Assembly: GCA_010909165.1 (NCBI GenBank)
Contig: VJWM01000197.1
Location: 310,001 to 374,000 of the forward strand
DNA: 64,000 bases
Source: Anthoceros angustus
Lineage: Eukaryota > Plantae > Anthocerotophyta
Direction of reading: 5' to 3'
Numbering within the stretch: position 1 is the first letter of the stretch; each line of letters begins with the position of its first letter. Position numbers and translations under genes: made by a program. Of this stretch, positions 37,093 to 51,019 are shown piece by piece. The notes under the pieces were generated by a model. The model saw only the letters and a list, made by a program, of their open reading frames with translations, made no database searches and was not told the origin of the DNA.

Positions 37093-37721
37093 TTAGGAAC
37101 ATGATAGTTAGATCCAATCAAACTAATGACCTTACATTCTGTATATAAACTGGATGTTGTCAACCTTGAATCTCTTAACGTAGCTACTTGACCTCTCTTT
37201 GAGGGTAAATTGAATTGAATAATATTGAATTTTTGGGTATCTTTGTTGTTTTTTTCTTTACATCAGTTGATATCTAAACCCAAATTTCTGAATTGTACAA
37301 TGCACAATCGGGAAAGAAGACTATTATTATAAAAAAGAGATGGGAAAAACCTATCCACCCCAAAAACAAAGGGAGAAAAACCCAATGAAGGGCATTATGC
37401 CAGGGGGAGTAGCCCCCACGATGTACAATCTAATTGAAAGATACAATTGAAATGTACAATCTAGTTGAAAGATTTTATCATAAATCATTTTAAATATATT
37501 ATTACACTTCCTATTCAATAAAGAATTAAATATTTGACTTCTTCTAGGTAAACGATTCACACGTTTTTTTCCTAGTGCGAGGATTTTTCCATTCATGTGG
37601 AGTTCATAAGATATTTTTCCATCATACATAAAAAAGAATCTTAGTGAAACACAAGGTTCTTAATCTTATTCGTGTAACATGTTTTTCTCTAGACTTTCAT
37701 GACGCTAACATATCATGTTCT

Positions 37722-37896
37722 CTTTAGAATACATGAACTACTACTTACTACTTTAGAATATATGAACCACTACTTAGTACTTTCGAATACATGAACCACT
37801 ACTTAGTACTTTAGAATACATGAACCACTACTTAGTACTTTAGAATACATGAACCACTACTTAGTACTTTAGAATACATGAACCACTACTTACTAC
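37722..37896. repeat. 29-bp minisatellite, 6 copies
   Basis: Unit ctttagaatacatgaaccactacttagta. Confidence 0.95.
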
Positions 37897-38938
37897 AATA
37901 AGCGATTGTGAACATATCTATGATATCTACTATATGAATCGAAATATATAGAATTATAAAAAAAAGTTCAATCTTATTTATATCTGAGTCTTATGTATGC
38001 AGATGCTAATATAGGTCTGTGTATAAATAGCCTCACCCATTTATAAAGCTATGTATATACTTGTTTTAGATTTAAAAACAAAGATATAAAATTTTAACCA
38101 GCAAATCAGATCATTGATAGGTAAACAGTAATTAGTTCATCCCCCAAATCTTCATAATATGGAGTGAGAGTTTGGTTGTGTAAAGCGTAGCATAACATGT
38201 TGCTAACAAATTTATTTCAAGACTTTAAAGGAATCTCTGGTTTCTTCATTTTTAAACAACTCATTCACTTCCTTATTCTTTCCATTCCTTTTATGCAAAA
38301 TCTTGTTTCCAGTTTCTATTCCAGTTTTGTTTTTTCGGCTTTTGTTGCTTTGTTTTCTCTACATTTTATTCTTATTCTCCTTTCAATTTACTTTTGGAAA
38401 GAAACTTAGTGAACCAGTTCAAAGAAACTTTGGTTGTTTCCCTAACAATTGTAATCATGAGTAATAGAGCTAATAAGTTTCCAATTTTTTTTCAGTGAAA
38501 TACGTTTGCCAAGCTAGTTTCTTTAATTGGTGAAAGCATGGATAGTGTAGCTGATAGGTCTTGTGTAGTTTTTCGTATAGGTAAAAGTATGGATGATATA
38601 GCAAACAAGACTATGATAGACTTCTTCTTCAAGATTCTACTAGTTTCTTTAGAAAGGGCAATTTTGTGTAGATGGTTAGTTTTATCTACATGAAAATTTA
38701 TATGGTGACTTAGTATGGTGGTTAGTTTTATCTAACCACCATACGTAGAGATGACTTAGTATTGATGGTGACTACATAGTCTCTGACCATCAACTATGGT
38801 GCAATCTTCATTTATAGATAGCGGAATCTTCATTTATAGGTACAATCTTGATTTATAGATGGTGGAATCTTCATTTATAGAAACATGAAAACGACATTTC
38901 CAATATGAATTCGATGGACCATTAGACTACTAATATCA

Positions 38939-39063
38939 TGTGAAACAAAACTATCAAAAAGATGAAGTCCAACCAAACGGTGAGATACTTGAGTGTGAAA
39001 CAAAACTATCAAAAAGATGAAGTCCAACCAAACGGTGAGATACTTGAGTGTGAAACAAAACTA
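38939..39063. repeat. 55-bp tandem repeat, 2.3 copies
   Basis: tgtgaaacaaaacta... starts at 38939, 38994 and 39049. Confidence 0.95.
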
Positions 39064-39174
39064 CTGGGGGTTTCATTGTTAGAAAACATTTGAAAATTAT
39101 CAAGCCTCATATCGTGCTTTGGTCACCTCTCATATCAACCCTGCAGCTCTCATATAATCCTGTTCAATCATGAA

Positions 39175-39308
39175 TAACACCTCTGATATTTTAAAATTAA
39201 CACCTCTGATATTTTAAAATTAACACCTCTGATATTTTAAAATTAACACCTCTCATATTTTAAAATTAACACCTCTGGTATTTTAAAATCAATACCTCTG
39301 ATATTTTA
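39175..39308. repeat. 23-bp minisatellite, ~6 copies
   Basis: Unit taacacctctgatattttaaaat. Confidence 0.95.
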
Positions 39309-40773
39309 ATTTGAAGGCAAGTTTTTGCTTAATCTTGTACACCCCTTTAGAGTTTAGGGTAGGCTATGGTTCTTGTTCACTAATTCGGTGGGAAGGCGAT
39401 TTGGCGAGTGGTGCAAGCGAGTGGTGGTTGACCATGGGTGCGCTTTGGCTGCAAATGTAATTAGAAACTGGCTGCAAATAGTTGTGAGTGTTGTAAAGCA
39501 ATCGTCATTCAAAATTAAAAATAGGGGGTTAATGTTACACTTTTTTATTACAGTAATTGTTATAGTTTCCAAAAGTGTCATAAACTTTGGCATAGGAGAT
39601 AGGCATGACAAATGAACCTAACTTTGTAAGACAAATATTACACTTTTGACATGGAGGAGAGGCATGGAATGTAAGTGCCACATGTTCAAAGGAAATTGGA
39701 AAGAATAACATATGGGTCCCACCTTCCCACCCTTAAATCCATCTCCTTCTTCATCGCCTTGTCTTGGTGTCTCGTATGTCAAAAGAGAGCAACTAGAACA
39801 TCTCACCAAACTTAACATTTATTACCTTCTCTTCTCCTTCTCCACATGAAAAAGTACCACCTAGACACATGCTTCATTACTCAACAATAATAATTTCTCT
39901 ATATTTGAATAATATTAAAATTTGGAACGAAGAAATAAAATAATTTGACAGTAATTGAATCCTAAAGTAAATTTGAGATTTGAACTTATAAATTCATATA
40001 TATATATATATATATATAATCTTATTATATGCAAGATTAGAATACATACCGTCATAAAATCCCAAAAGACTTTCAAATTTAAAATTAAAATATAATAGTT
40101 GCAACCTCCTAAACATCATGAGATACTTAAAATATAATAACTACATGTCATGAAATCCTAGAAAACTTGAATTTTAAACTTAAAATAAAGAAGAACAAGA
40201 AGAAGTCCACTAAAGACGGGTTTCCGTCATGGGACTTTGGTACTTAACAACTTGTACCATGGTGTGCCTAAGCTACTTGCACCAAGGGCATCCACTCCCT
40301 TTAGGCACCCCATCTAAGTACCGATCTAAGCTCAACAAAGCTGTTCATAGCCACATTAGGTCACGGCTCATGTCTCAGTCATTAAGCGTGAGGTCTAGAT
40401 AAGCCTCCAAAGTAGGCTTATCACTTACACAAGTATTTAATAAGCCTACAGGCTTATTGGCTAACTACCAAAGTGGCAAAGCAAAAGAAGAACTAGGCAA
40501 AATCCTAACCTCGTAAATAGCCCCCCTGCAAAATCTGGTGAACAAACAACATTAGACAACCAGATTTTGCACTTAGAGCTACCAAAAACCAACCCAGTGA
40601 GAAGCAAAATGCTTGGATATGCTGGTCTCATAGATTGGCGGGGGAGGAGGATGCAAATCATTTTCCTCATCTTTGGACATGGGCTCGGGCTTGAACTCCA
40701 CTGATTCTCCAGACTGAATGCTATTATTGTAGAGCCATGCTTGAACTCCACTGATTCTCCAGACTGAATGCTA

Positions 40774-41283
40774 TTATTGTAGAGCCATGGGTACTCGTTG
40801 CTGGAAGGAAGCCACCACACAGGAAAGAGGGAGACCTACACCGTTCTTGCGGATGTAGTATGCTTTAGCACAAACCTTGATAAACCTCGAGAAGTCCTTG
40901 CCCATGGCTCTATGAGTCTCAGTAGCAAGGGGAATGAAAGCATGGCCTTCGTACATGGGGGTGTACTTGTGAACCTTGGCTATAGCGCATCCCTCCATCG
41001 CCCAATTGGGAGGATTGATGATGACATGCTCACAGTGTACTTGTGAACCTTGGCTATAGCGCATCCCTCCATCGCCCAATTGGGAGGATTGATGATGACA
41101 TGCTCACAGTGTACTTGTGAACCTTGGCTATAGCGCATCCCTCCATCGCCCAATTGGGAGGATTGATGATGACATGCTCACAGACGGTATTCCGAGTAGG
41201 GTTTGTTACAACCACACCTGATCCTCCAGGTCAAAAATAGGTTAGCCCTTAGAGAAACATTGTTAGACAAAGCATATGGGCAC
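40774..41283 (-). mobile_element. CRE-like non-LTR retrotransposon, restriction-like endonuclease (RLE) remnant, with a 74-bp triplication at 40961-41182
   Basis: SLRANLFL..VVTNPT..AKVHKY..FIPLATETH..FQQRVPMALQ; homologous to the RLE region at 46330-46680. Confidence 0.75.
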
Positions 41284-41949
41284 TCCCTGAAAACTATCTC
41301 AACTACTTTATAGAAGAGAGTATGAACGGAAGATAGTATACGAAAATGATCATACCGTCCACCTCCAAAACGTCTTCAAGAACTCTATACTTCTTCTAAA
41401 ACATTTCCGTGAACGTGAACTTCTTGCATTCAGGCCCAGGATTATTGTCTTCAAGAACTCCAACTAGTAATTCCCGGTCTCGTAGGTTTGTATGCTTGAT
41501 AATACACACCACTCCTGATGGAGCTATTTGAGCCTTACAGATACTTGAGAGCAAAAACGTTCCCCCGGGATCCATATTCTTGTTCTCATGCAATTAAATT
41601 CTAAACCAAACGAAACCTCGTCAAGAAACCTAGAAGTAACGGGGCCACCTGGTCTACCTTCTGGTCGTTGGGCTATTTCATAGCCCCGGACATCGACGAT
41701 CTCCGTAACAGGCGTACATAGATGTGATGTTGCGGGAGGCCTGAAGACGGGATGGATCCTGTTGGAAGCGCAGAGCCCAGGAATCGGGGACAGTTCTATT
41801 CTCAGGGCCAGGGGCCTGCGAGGCCGGCAGCGGTAGCGGCAGTAGATCAGGTTGGCCTGGGCTCGGCCTCCTCCTGCCATCTCCTTCTTTGTCCCCACGT
41901 TGGCCATGCACCGAAACAGCGTCTACCTCAACCTCTGCTGCTGCCTACA

Positions 41950-43820
41950 GGCGCCGGCTGCACCAGCTGGGCCCGGCGAGGGAAGAAGCACCGTGAAAAT
42001 GTTGAGGGCAAGCTTCGATGCCCAGATCGCGGAGAGGATAGCCGCGCAGCGCCGGCTCGACGATGTTTCCAGGAAGGTAGCCTGTTGTGCTCCATGACAT
42101 GCTGCTATGTTCCCAGGGTTCGGCATGCGTGCTCACAGCTCCGGCGTCGGCATCCTTCCTGGTGTGCAGAAGCCGGGGCCGGCTGCTGCGAGGCCGAACG
42201 TGTCTCTCACGCCGTTTCCTGGGTCGGTACCTTCTCCCGGTGGAGCTCAACAGGTTTGTCACGGAAGGGGAGGAGTGTGGTTTCGTGGTTCCAGGGTTTG
42301 TGCTCTGTGCTCATGGCCGGAACTGGATGCTGCATGATGCAGCTGCGGCCTCCATCTGCTGCTGTTTTGCCGTTTCCTGTCCCAGGCGCTGCTGCTGCTG
42401 CTCAGCCGCGCGCTGCTACGGCCTTTGTGCCTCCTCCGGTCCCGCCTCCTCCACCCTTTCCTGCAGGTGGAGGTGCGAGGCCGCGTGGGCCCTTCGTGCT
42501 TCTCAGTGTCCCTCTGGTTGGTACTCCGACTCTGCCGGTTGCGTTCAAGCGGCTGGACACGTTTCCCAAGGAGGGGCAGGGGCGTGCTGTGCCGGATCCG
42601 TCGGCGGGGTTGGGCCTGGGAGCCACTGGGCTTATTACCAACAGCAGCAAGCAGAGTAGGGCTTGGTGACAAGTCTGTCGACGGTCTTGCTTGATTCTGC
42701 ATTCTCGTATGACTTCACATGATGATGTGGTCCGGTGGCCTCAGACAGGCACTGCTCAGACAGGGTTTCCTCAGACTGGCACTCCTCGAGCAGGAACAGA
42801 ATCGCCACGGCCGGCTGCCCAAGGACTTGCTAATGTGCCTACAGTAAGCATAACATCTTTCAGCACAAGGATGGCGTTGTGTATGTGAGCAAAACATGAG
42901 GAATGGAATGTTGGCAGGCAAGCAACCCCCGCACAGCAGTCCAGGGAACTGGGGTGCGAGGAGACAATCTTGAGGGGCAGCGGCAGGGGCAGGAACAGGT
43001 GGAAGCGAGGATGAAGGGAACTCAGGTTGTGTCCGTGAAACCAAAAGTGCTACACCACGAGTTGGAGGTGTGAACTTCAGGCAAATGGAACACAACTTGT
43101 TCATCATATGTGGAACCTCTATGAACATGTGATTTCTGCAGGTGGTCGATGATGAGGAAGGCGATGAATCCGATCAAATTCGAGGCCCTGACCAGGTGAA
43201 CACTTTGGCCATATCTCTTCTCCAAACTTGCTACCACATGGACCTGATATCCCTCGAGGTATGAAATCAGAAAACTCGGAAAACAGGGCGAAACGAGCCT
43301 AAAGAGGCTGGGCTCATGAAGGCACACGAAAAGGAAATTGCCTCTCTAAGGAAGCAGCTCATCCTCATGCAACAACAGGCTCAGTATGACGTTTCCTACT
43401 ACCAACAAGAGGTTGGCAATGCCGCTGGCTATGTGTGCATTGATGGACTTCACTGAACCCTGTTTGTCACCTGATACCAAACATGTGGGTGGGTCTGCAG
43501 CTGGTTGCGTTGCAGTGCGAGTTGGCTGAAGAACGCGCCACCAAGCAGCCTGGTTCAGGTTTGTCATGGTCGGCTGTAGATGAGCCTAATCTTCGGCAGC
43601 AGGTTATCAGTGTACTCAGGGACAGCATACAGAGGATGCAAAACCTGATGACTGCCCTCAAGCAAGAGCGAGAGAGGAATCGTGACCTCAGCTCGCAAGT
43701 ACAGCAGGTCATGTGAAGGGCGGTGCACAACTGGCATACCCGCATACCCGCAGACCGCCGTGTCACCGCATACGGCGGTATGCTGCGCAGTATGCTGGAA
43801 GGACGGAAGCGCCATTAAAA
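41950..43820 (+). pseudogene. Degraded spliced gene of unknown function (P/A/G-rich and coiled-coil exons)
   Basis: Exon-like blocks bounded by cag/gt (e.g. ctgcag|LVALQCELAEER...MQNLMTALKQERERNRDLSSQVQQ) with in-frame stops. No family recognised. Confidence 0.4.
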
Positions 43821-46800
43821 GAAAACTCTGTTGTCAGTGCAAAGAAGTTAGAGAAGTTTTTATGGAGGTGAAAAAACGATGGGAAGAGTCCATCCAGAGG
43901 GGACAACCAAAGACCAGGGGTCGAGGTGGAGAGGGGGGTTGAGGTGGAGATTCTGGGCGCCGTGGAAAGGAGTAACTGAGCTTCCTATCTAAAGTCACCT
44001 ATTGCACCCATAATATTATATAGGAAGAATAAATGGTTTGCAAACCATGGAGGTGAAAGGAAGATCCGTCATTATCTGTCATTAACTTTCCGTGTGGAGG
44101 GTCATCGCTGAGAGTGCTCGTTGAAGGGTAATTGAAACCCGTTGTGGGAGGCATGGTAAGCTTTGGTACATGACTTGACAAATTTGTCAAAGTCTTCAGT
44201 CAATGCAAGTGGAAAAGAAGATGTGGCCCGCTTGCATCTTGCTATATTTGCAGACCTTGAGAGCCGCCGCCCCAGCAGCAAGCAGAGTAGGGCTTGGTGA
44301 CAAGTCTGTCGACGGTCTTGCTTGATTCTGCATTCTCGTATGACTTCACATGATGATGTGGTCCGGTGGCCTCAGACAGGCACTGCTCAGACAGGGTTTC
44401 CTCAGACTGGCACTCCTCGAGCAGGAACAGAATCGCCACGGCCGGCTGCCCAAGGACTTGCTAATGTGCCTACAGTAAGCATAACATCTTTCAGCACAAG
44501 GATGGCGTTGTGTATGTGAGCAAAACATGAGGAATGGAATGTTGGCAGGCAGCAACCTCGGACGCTAGTGATGACCGAGCGGAGATGGTGTCACGTGTAC
44601 GATCGGTAACCACCACATCCGCCACGAAACTTGGTCGCCATGGACAAGGTATAGGTCACCCTAATTGAACGACCTATATGGAGAGTATACCGCTCTCTCC
44701 GGTCATGTAGCCGCGAGCGATGGCGAACATGACATCGCTGGATGGCGTTGTGGTGGCAATGCGATGACCGTGGGGACAATGAGCAAGGTGTGCCCCAAAA
44801 TCATCGAGGCGGAGCGGCACTGCAAGTAAGGAGCGAAGAAGCCACGAGTTGGAGTAGGCCAAGACGAATCGCATCGCAGAGTGAAGGTGGTTGGTGCGAT
44901 GTGAAAACCCCTGTGATGCATGGGCGGGCCAACAGCCAAGCACTGCGCCTTCCTGCAACAAGAGCGAGCCGCGCCTTGTGGACCCGGGATGGAGGGGTCC
45001 CGGAGGGCGATCGAAAGCGCCGAGCCGCTCGAGCAGGAACAGAATCGCCACGGCCGGCTGCCCAAGGACTTGCTAATGTGCCTACAGTAAGCATAACATC
45101 TTTCAGCACAAGGATGGCGTTGTGTATGTGAGCAAAACATGAGGAATGGAATGTTGGCAGCAACCCCGCACAGCAGTCCAGGGAACTGGGGTGCGAGGAG
45201 ACAATCTTGAGGCAGCGGCAGGGGCAGGAACAGGTGGAAGCGAGGATGAAGGGAACTCAGGTTGTGTCCGTGAAACCAAAAGTGCTACACCACGAGTTGG
45301 AGGTGTGAACTTCAGGCAAATGGAACACAACTTGTTCATCATATGTGGAACCTCTATGAACATGTGATTTCTGCAGGTGGTCGATGATGAGGAAGGCGAT
45401 GAATCCGATCAAATTCGAGGCCCTGACCAGGTGAACACTTTGGCCATATCTCTTCTCCAAACTTGCTACCACATGGACCTGATATCCCTCGAGGTATGAA
45501 ATCAGAAAACTCGGAAAACAGGGCGAAACGAGCCTAAAGAGGCTGGGCTCATGAAGGCACACGAAAAGGAAATTGCCTCTCTAAGGAAGCAGCTCATCCT
45601 CATGCAACAACAGGCTCAGTATGACGTTTCCTACTACCAACAAGAGGTTGGCAATGCCGCTGGCTATGTGTGCATTGATGGACTTCACTGAACCCTGTTT
45701 GTCACCTGATACCAAACATGTGGGTGGGTCTGCAGCTGGTTGCGTTGCAGTGCGAGTTGGCTGAAGAACGCGCCACCAAGCAGCCTGGTTCAGGTTTGTC
45801 ATGGTCGGCTGTAGATGAGCCTAATCTTCGGCAGCAGGTTATCAGTGTACTCAGGGACAGCATACAGAGGATGCAAAACCTGATGACTGCCCTCAAGCAA
45901 GAGCGAGAGGAATCGTGACCTCAGCTCGTACAGCAGGTCATGTGAAGGGCGGTGCACAACTGGCATACCCGCATACCCGCAGACCGCCGTGTCACCGCAT
46001 ACGGCGGTATGCTGCGCAGTATGCTGGAAGGACGGAAGCGCCATTAAAAGAAAACTCTGTTGTCAGTGCAAAGAAGTTAGAGAAGTTTTATGGAGGTGAA
46101 AAACGATGGGAAGAGTCCATCCAGAGGGACAACCAAAGACCAGGGGTCGAGGTGGAGAGGGGTTGAGGTGGAGATTCTGGGCGCCGTGAAAGGAGTAACT
46201 GAGCTTCCTATCTAAAGTCACCTATTGCACCCATAATATTATATAGGAAGAATAAATGGTTTGCAAACCATGGAGGTGAAAGGAAGATCCGTCATTATCT
46301 GTCATTAACTTTCCGTGGAGGGTCATCGCTGAGAGTGCTCGTTGAAGGGTAATTGAAACCCGTTGTGGGAGGCATGGTAAGCTTTGGTACATGACTTGAC
46401 AAATTTGTCAAAGTCTTCAGTCAATGCAAGTGGAAAAGAAGATGTGGCCCGCTTGCATCTTGCTATATTTGCAGACCTTGAGAGCCGCTGCTCCAGTAGC
46501 AGCCCAACCTGGATAGTTAGTGATAACTTGAGTGGAGATGGTGTCACGTGTACGATCGGTAACCACCACATCCGCCACCGAAACTTGGTCGCCATGGACA
46601 AGGTATAGGTCACCCCTAATTGAACGACCTATATGGAGAGTATACTGCCGCTCTCTCCAGGTCATGTAGCCGCTTTCGCGAGCGATGGCGAACATGACAT
46701 CGCTGGATGGCGTTGTGGTGGCAATGCGATGACCGTGGGGACAATGAGCAAGGTGTGCCCCAAAATCATCGAGGCGGAGCGGCACTGCAAGTAAGGAGCG

Positions 46801-47890
46801 AAGAAGCCACGAGTTGGAGTAGGCCAAGACGAATCGCATCGCAGAGTGAAGGTGGTTGGTGCGATGTGAAAACCCCTGTGATGCATGGGCGGGCCAACAG
46901 CCAAGCACTGCGCCTTCCTGCAACAAGAGGTTGGCAATGCCGCTGGCTATGTGTGCATTGATGGACTTCACTGAACCCTGTTGTCACCTGATACCAAACA
47001 TGTGGGTGGGTCTGCAGCTGGTTGCGTTGCAGTGCGAGTTGGCTGAAGAACGCGCCACCAAGCAGCCTGGTTCAGGTTTGTCATGGTCGGCTGTAGATGA
47101 GCCTAATCTTCGGCAGCAGGTTATCAGTGTACTCAGGGACAGCATACAGAGGATGCAAAACCTGATGACTGCCCTCAAGCAAGAGCGAGCCGCGCCTTGT
47201 GGACCCGGGATGGAGGGGTCCCGGAGGCGATCGAAAGCGCCGAGCCGCTCGAGCAGAGATGCTCGCAACCCCTCGAAACCATCAAGAATAAATGGTTTGC
47301 AAACCATGGAGGTGAAAGGAAGATCCGTCATTATCTGTCATTAACTTTCCGTGTGGAGGGTCATCGCTGAGAGTGCTCGTTGAAGGGTAATTGAAACCCG
47401 TTGTGGGAGGCATGGTAAGCTTTGGTACATGACTTGACAAATTTGTCAAAGTCTTCAGTCAATGCAAGTGGAAAAGAAGATGTGGCCCGCTTGCATCTTG
47501 CTATATTTGCAGACCTTGAGAGCCGCCGGCTGTGAGCCCAACCTGGATAGTTAGTGATAACTTGAGTGGAGATGGTGTCACGTGTACGATCGGTAACCAC
47601 CACATCCGCCACCGAAACTTGGTCGCCATGGACAAGGTATAGGTCACCCCTAATTGAACGACCTATATGGAGAGTATACTGCCGCTCTCTCCAGGTCATG
47701 TAGCCGCTTTCGCGAGCGATAGCGAACATGACATCGCGGATGGCGTTGTGAGTGGCAATGCGATGACCCCGTGGGGACAATGAGCAAGGTGTGCCCCAAA
47801 ATCATCGAGGGCAGAGCGGCACTCGCAAGTAAGGAGCGAAGAAGCCACAGGTTGGAGTAGGCCAAGACGAAATCGCATCGCAGTAGTGAA
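42640..47890. repeat. Mosaic of re-copied segments from the gene remnant and the CRE 3' region
   Basis: 42643-42920 recurs at 44274 and (from 42786) at 45029. 43480-43670 recurs at 45715 and 46995. 44027-44265 recurs at 46248 and 47285. Junctions share ctcgagcag, caacaagag and caagagcgag. Confidence 0.9.
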
Positions 47891-50050
47891 GCTGCCGGGG
47901 AAGAGACCTCCAGCGAGAACAGACCTGTGCCTCCAAATTGCATAGGTAGGGATGCTTGCCAGCGGGCCAAATCGCCCACCGGGCACTCAAAAGGCCCTGA
48001 ACCCGGGATGTCCCTAAGAGTATCCATAATCTTCCTATCAAACCGCCGCAGCCGAGACAAAAGGGTCGGGGACGTAGGCAGCGTACGGATGAGATAACCA
48101 GGGCGCCTAGCAAAACAGGAGGAAAGAATTCCAAAGGCCACCTGTATATCCTCCAGCAAAGGGAGGTCATCGACATGGGAAAGGTCCTCTGCGAGAACCT
48201 GGTCCAGGAAGCTCTCGATGAAGTCAGGGGAACTGAAGGGGACCCCTAGAATACGCAGTCCCAAATCCGGAGCAATCTCCATAGCGGGAAACTGAAAAGT
48301 AGGTGGAATCCCCGACGGAGACCAAACGCGGCACTTGGACAACTTGACCTTCAAGCCCACCAAAGAAAGCTCATGAGAAAAGAGCTCAAAGGCCTCCTTG
48401 ACTTTGTTCCCAGGCCCGAGGATGTGAGAATCGTATGCCAGTGAAGGAAAGACATTGTCGCGCACTGAGAAGGTGGCCCTAGATAGGCCCTATAGTAAGC
48501 AATGGCGAAGAGAGCACCACCCAGGGGATTGCCTTGCCTGGTATCTGTGGCCGATTCCAAGACAGAGACAACAAATCCTGAAGAGATGTTCTTGTGCTGG
48601 TAGTAGAGGTTGGAGGACCTCCCGTAGAAGCACCGGACAAAAGGTATAAGGCTCCCCAGAACGCCGCCAGCATCCCTAAGCTCCTCGAAGATGACGCTCC
48701 TAGAAATGGTATTGAAGGCGTTCTCGACATCAACCTGTAAGACCACCCACTCCGGATGCGTATCAAGGCATGCCTTCACTCCAAGCACCATAGACTCACA
48801 GCCCCCCGGAGTAGCAATACCAAATTGAAGGGGGTTGAGGTGTTGTTGAAGAAGGGAGCGGCACTGAAGGACAATAGTGCGGTTGAGAAGCCGCATGAAG
48901 GCTTCCCCGACCGCGAGTGGACGCACGCCCGAGCCTGGGGCTGGGTTGTCCATAGCGACAAGCCTGCTCGCTGCAGGAACATGGGAAATCCGTTGAGGCG
49001 TCTCACCCCGAGCCACCGCAGCGGCCAGAGAAAAGAGCTCCGGGAAGCCACTAGATGGATCTTTGGGGAGAAAAAGGTCCCTTAGGTGTTCAAACACCAT
49101 TCCTAACAACTCGGCAGATGAAAGACGTGGGGTGTAGAGAGTGCCAGAGTAAAAGCTGCCCGATCTAGGGAGAAGGGGTCCTCCGGGACATAGTCGGGTA
49201 TGTCCGCAAGGATGGCATCCTTGGGTGCTGGATGGAGGGCATAGAGGGCAATAATGGTCTCTTCAGAAGCGGGGGCCAGGGAGAGGGGTCGAAGAGCCCT
49301 GGCAACGCGAGCATATTTACCTGCCTGGCCAAGCAACTTGCAACGATGCAGGTTTGTTGCATTACCCAGGACCTGTTCCAACTGCTGTGCGGATTCCGCC
49401 CGAGCCTTGGCAGCACGCAAAGTCTCCTCCTGGAGGGATGCCAAGTCACCAGCCCGAAAGCGCCGAAGATGGATAGCAACTTTCGTGGAAGCCCCACCCC
49501 TAGTACAACGAAGACACCACCGAGGGAGAAGCAGGAGAAGGCACCAAGCTAACTCGTCCTTGGGATCGAGCGCAAGGCGATCCAATGGAAGACGGAACGC
49601 CAAACGTGCATCATCATGAAGGTGGCGGGGAAGCCTGCGGAAGATGCGTGGGCATGGAAAGCGGGTTTCAAACATCCTAAGGATGTGATCCAATCACCTG
49701 GCCACACCATTCCGGAAGAGAGAGGCATTTGAGGACCATACTGACGGAGCTCGCACACGAATCGGAGGAAGTCGCAATGTGCACTTGGGTAGCCCAAGTA
49801 GTCTGGTCGAAATCTTTATGCATGTGCCCAATGTGGGTTTTCACCCCCTTGACACTGCTGCAGAGTTGAGCATGGACACGAGTGTCCTCGAGCGATCTGA
49901 AGGTGTAGACCGCCCCATTGGGTAGGGTACTAAAAGAGCCTGCAAACGCCAGCCAGAGGGTGACAGGGCCGAGGAGGTACCAAGGACCGGGGACAAAACG
50001 AGCCCAGTCTTTATCGGACATACGGAGTGTGAGCTCTGTATGGCGAACCC
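47285..50050 (-). mobile_element. CRE-clade RLE-type non-LTR retrotransposon, frameshifted
   Basis: N-terminal C2H2-like KTHIGHMH; RT motifs GVRPLAVGEAFMRL, QFGIATPGGCE, QVDVENAFNTISR, RQGNPLGG, FPSLAYDSH, GLRILGVP, LPMQFGGTGL; zinc knuckle C.C...HLAHC..HNAIRD; RLE RGD..ADVVV..KVCKY. Confidence 0.9.
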
Positions 50051-50284
50051 TAAAGAGCCATGCCTAGAGGGACTGCAACCCACTGCCATAGTATTCATTA
50101 TGTTATTGGTAGAATTTTCTTGTCACAAGTTAGAACTTGGATTCTCATGTCACTTACTCCTCTTGGTCCGATAACCATGGCCTAGGTTTGGTTACACATT
50201 CGTATGCTCATGCTTGCAATCGCGATGGTCCTGTAACTAATTAATGACACATAGGTAGCAATGAATGACACATAAACAGTTTTG

Positions 50285-50440
50285 CATTTAGTCATAACCT
50301 ATAGTGGGCAGTGGATTCTACCACAGCTGAGGGTAGGAAAAAAACAACTTTTAGGATGGCACATTCAGTCATAACCTATGGTGGGCAGTGGATTTGACCA
50401 CAGCTGAGGGAAGGCCAAAAAAAAACACTTTTAGGATGGC
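50285..50440. repeat. ~77-bp diverged tandem duplication
   Basis: agtcataacctat...ttttaggatggc at 50290 and 50367. Confidence 0.85.
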
Positions 50441-51019
50441 TTCGCTTGCTCCCGTATGCCGATGTGGCACGAGTCACCCGACAACCAAATTACTTGGTTA
50501 TTTGAAGGGTGTCTTAGCATGCTCCCTATTGCCTACACACAACACAAAGTACGGTTAAATGCTTGTGTACAGTACACAGGTGAGTCCTCATAGCCCGACT
50601 CCCTGCTACCGCTAATGGTCGATGCCCACTAGTGTGTGCTACAATTGTGTGCAGGGAGGCTAGCCTTTCTCTTTTCATCTTGTATCCTATGTTGAATACT
50701 ACATATATATATGCAGGGAATGACAAGCGAGAGATAGACAACCTATAGACAATGATGCTTCGTCCGTTCTCTTTGTCAATGGCACATCGGACGCTCTACC
50801 ATCCAGCGATAGAGACAATCCATGGCTAGTAGGCGCCCGCCTTGATGCTTTCACGCGGTCGGCATGCAACTTAAGCATGATCTGGATATAGGAGAAGGGC
50901 AATGACATGTCGACGCCCACATTTCAACATATACCTGTGCTTCACAATTGTTGTCACACAGGTTAGTTGGTGAAGTGGTTAGTTGTGTGAGCTATGAAAG
51001 GAAGTCTTGGGATCGCGTA

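Noticed and set aside
37722-39308. Possible CRISPR arrays (also 51020-51365)
   Set aside because: Head-to-tail repeats without unique spacers, no cas genes, eukaryotic context.
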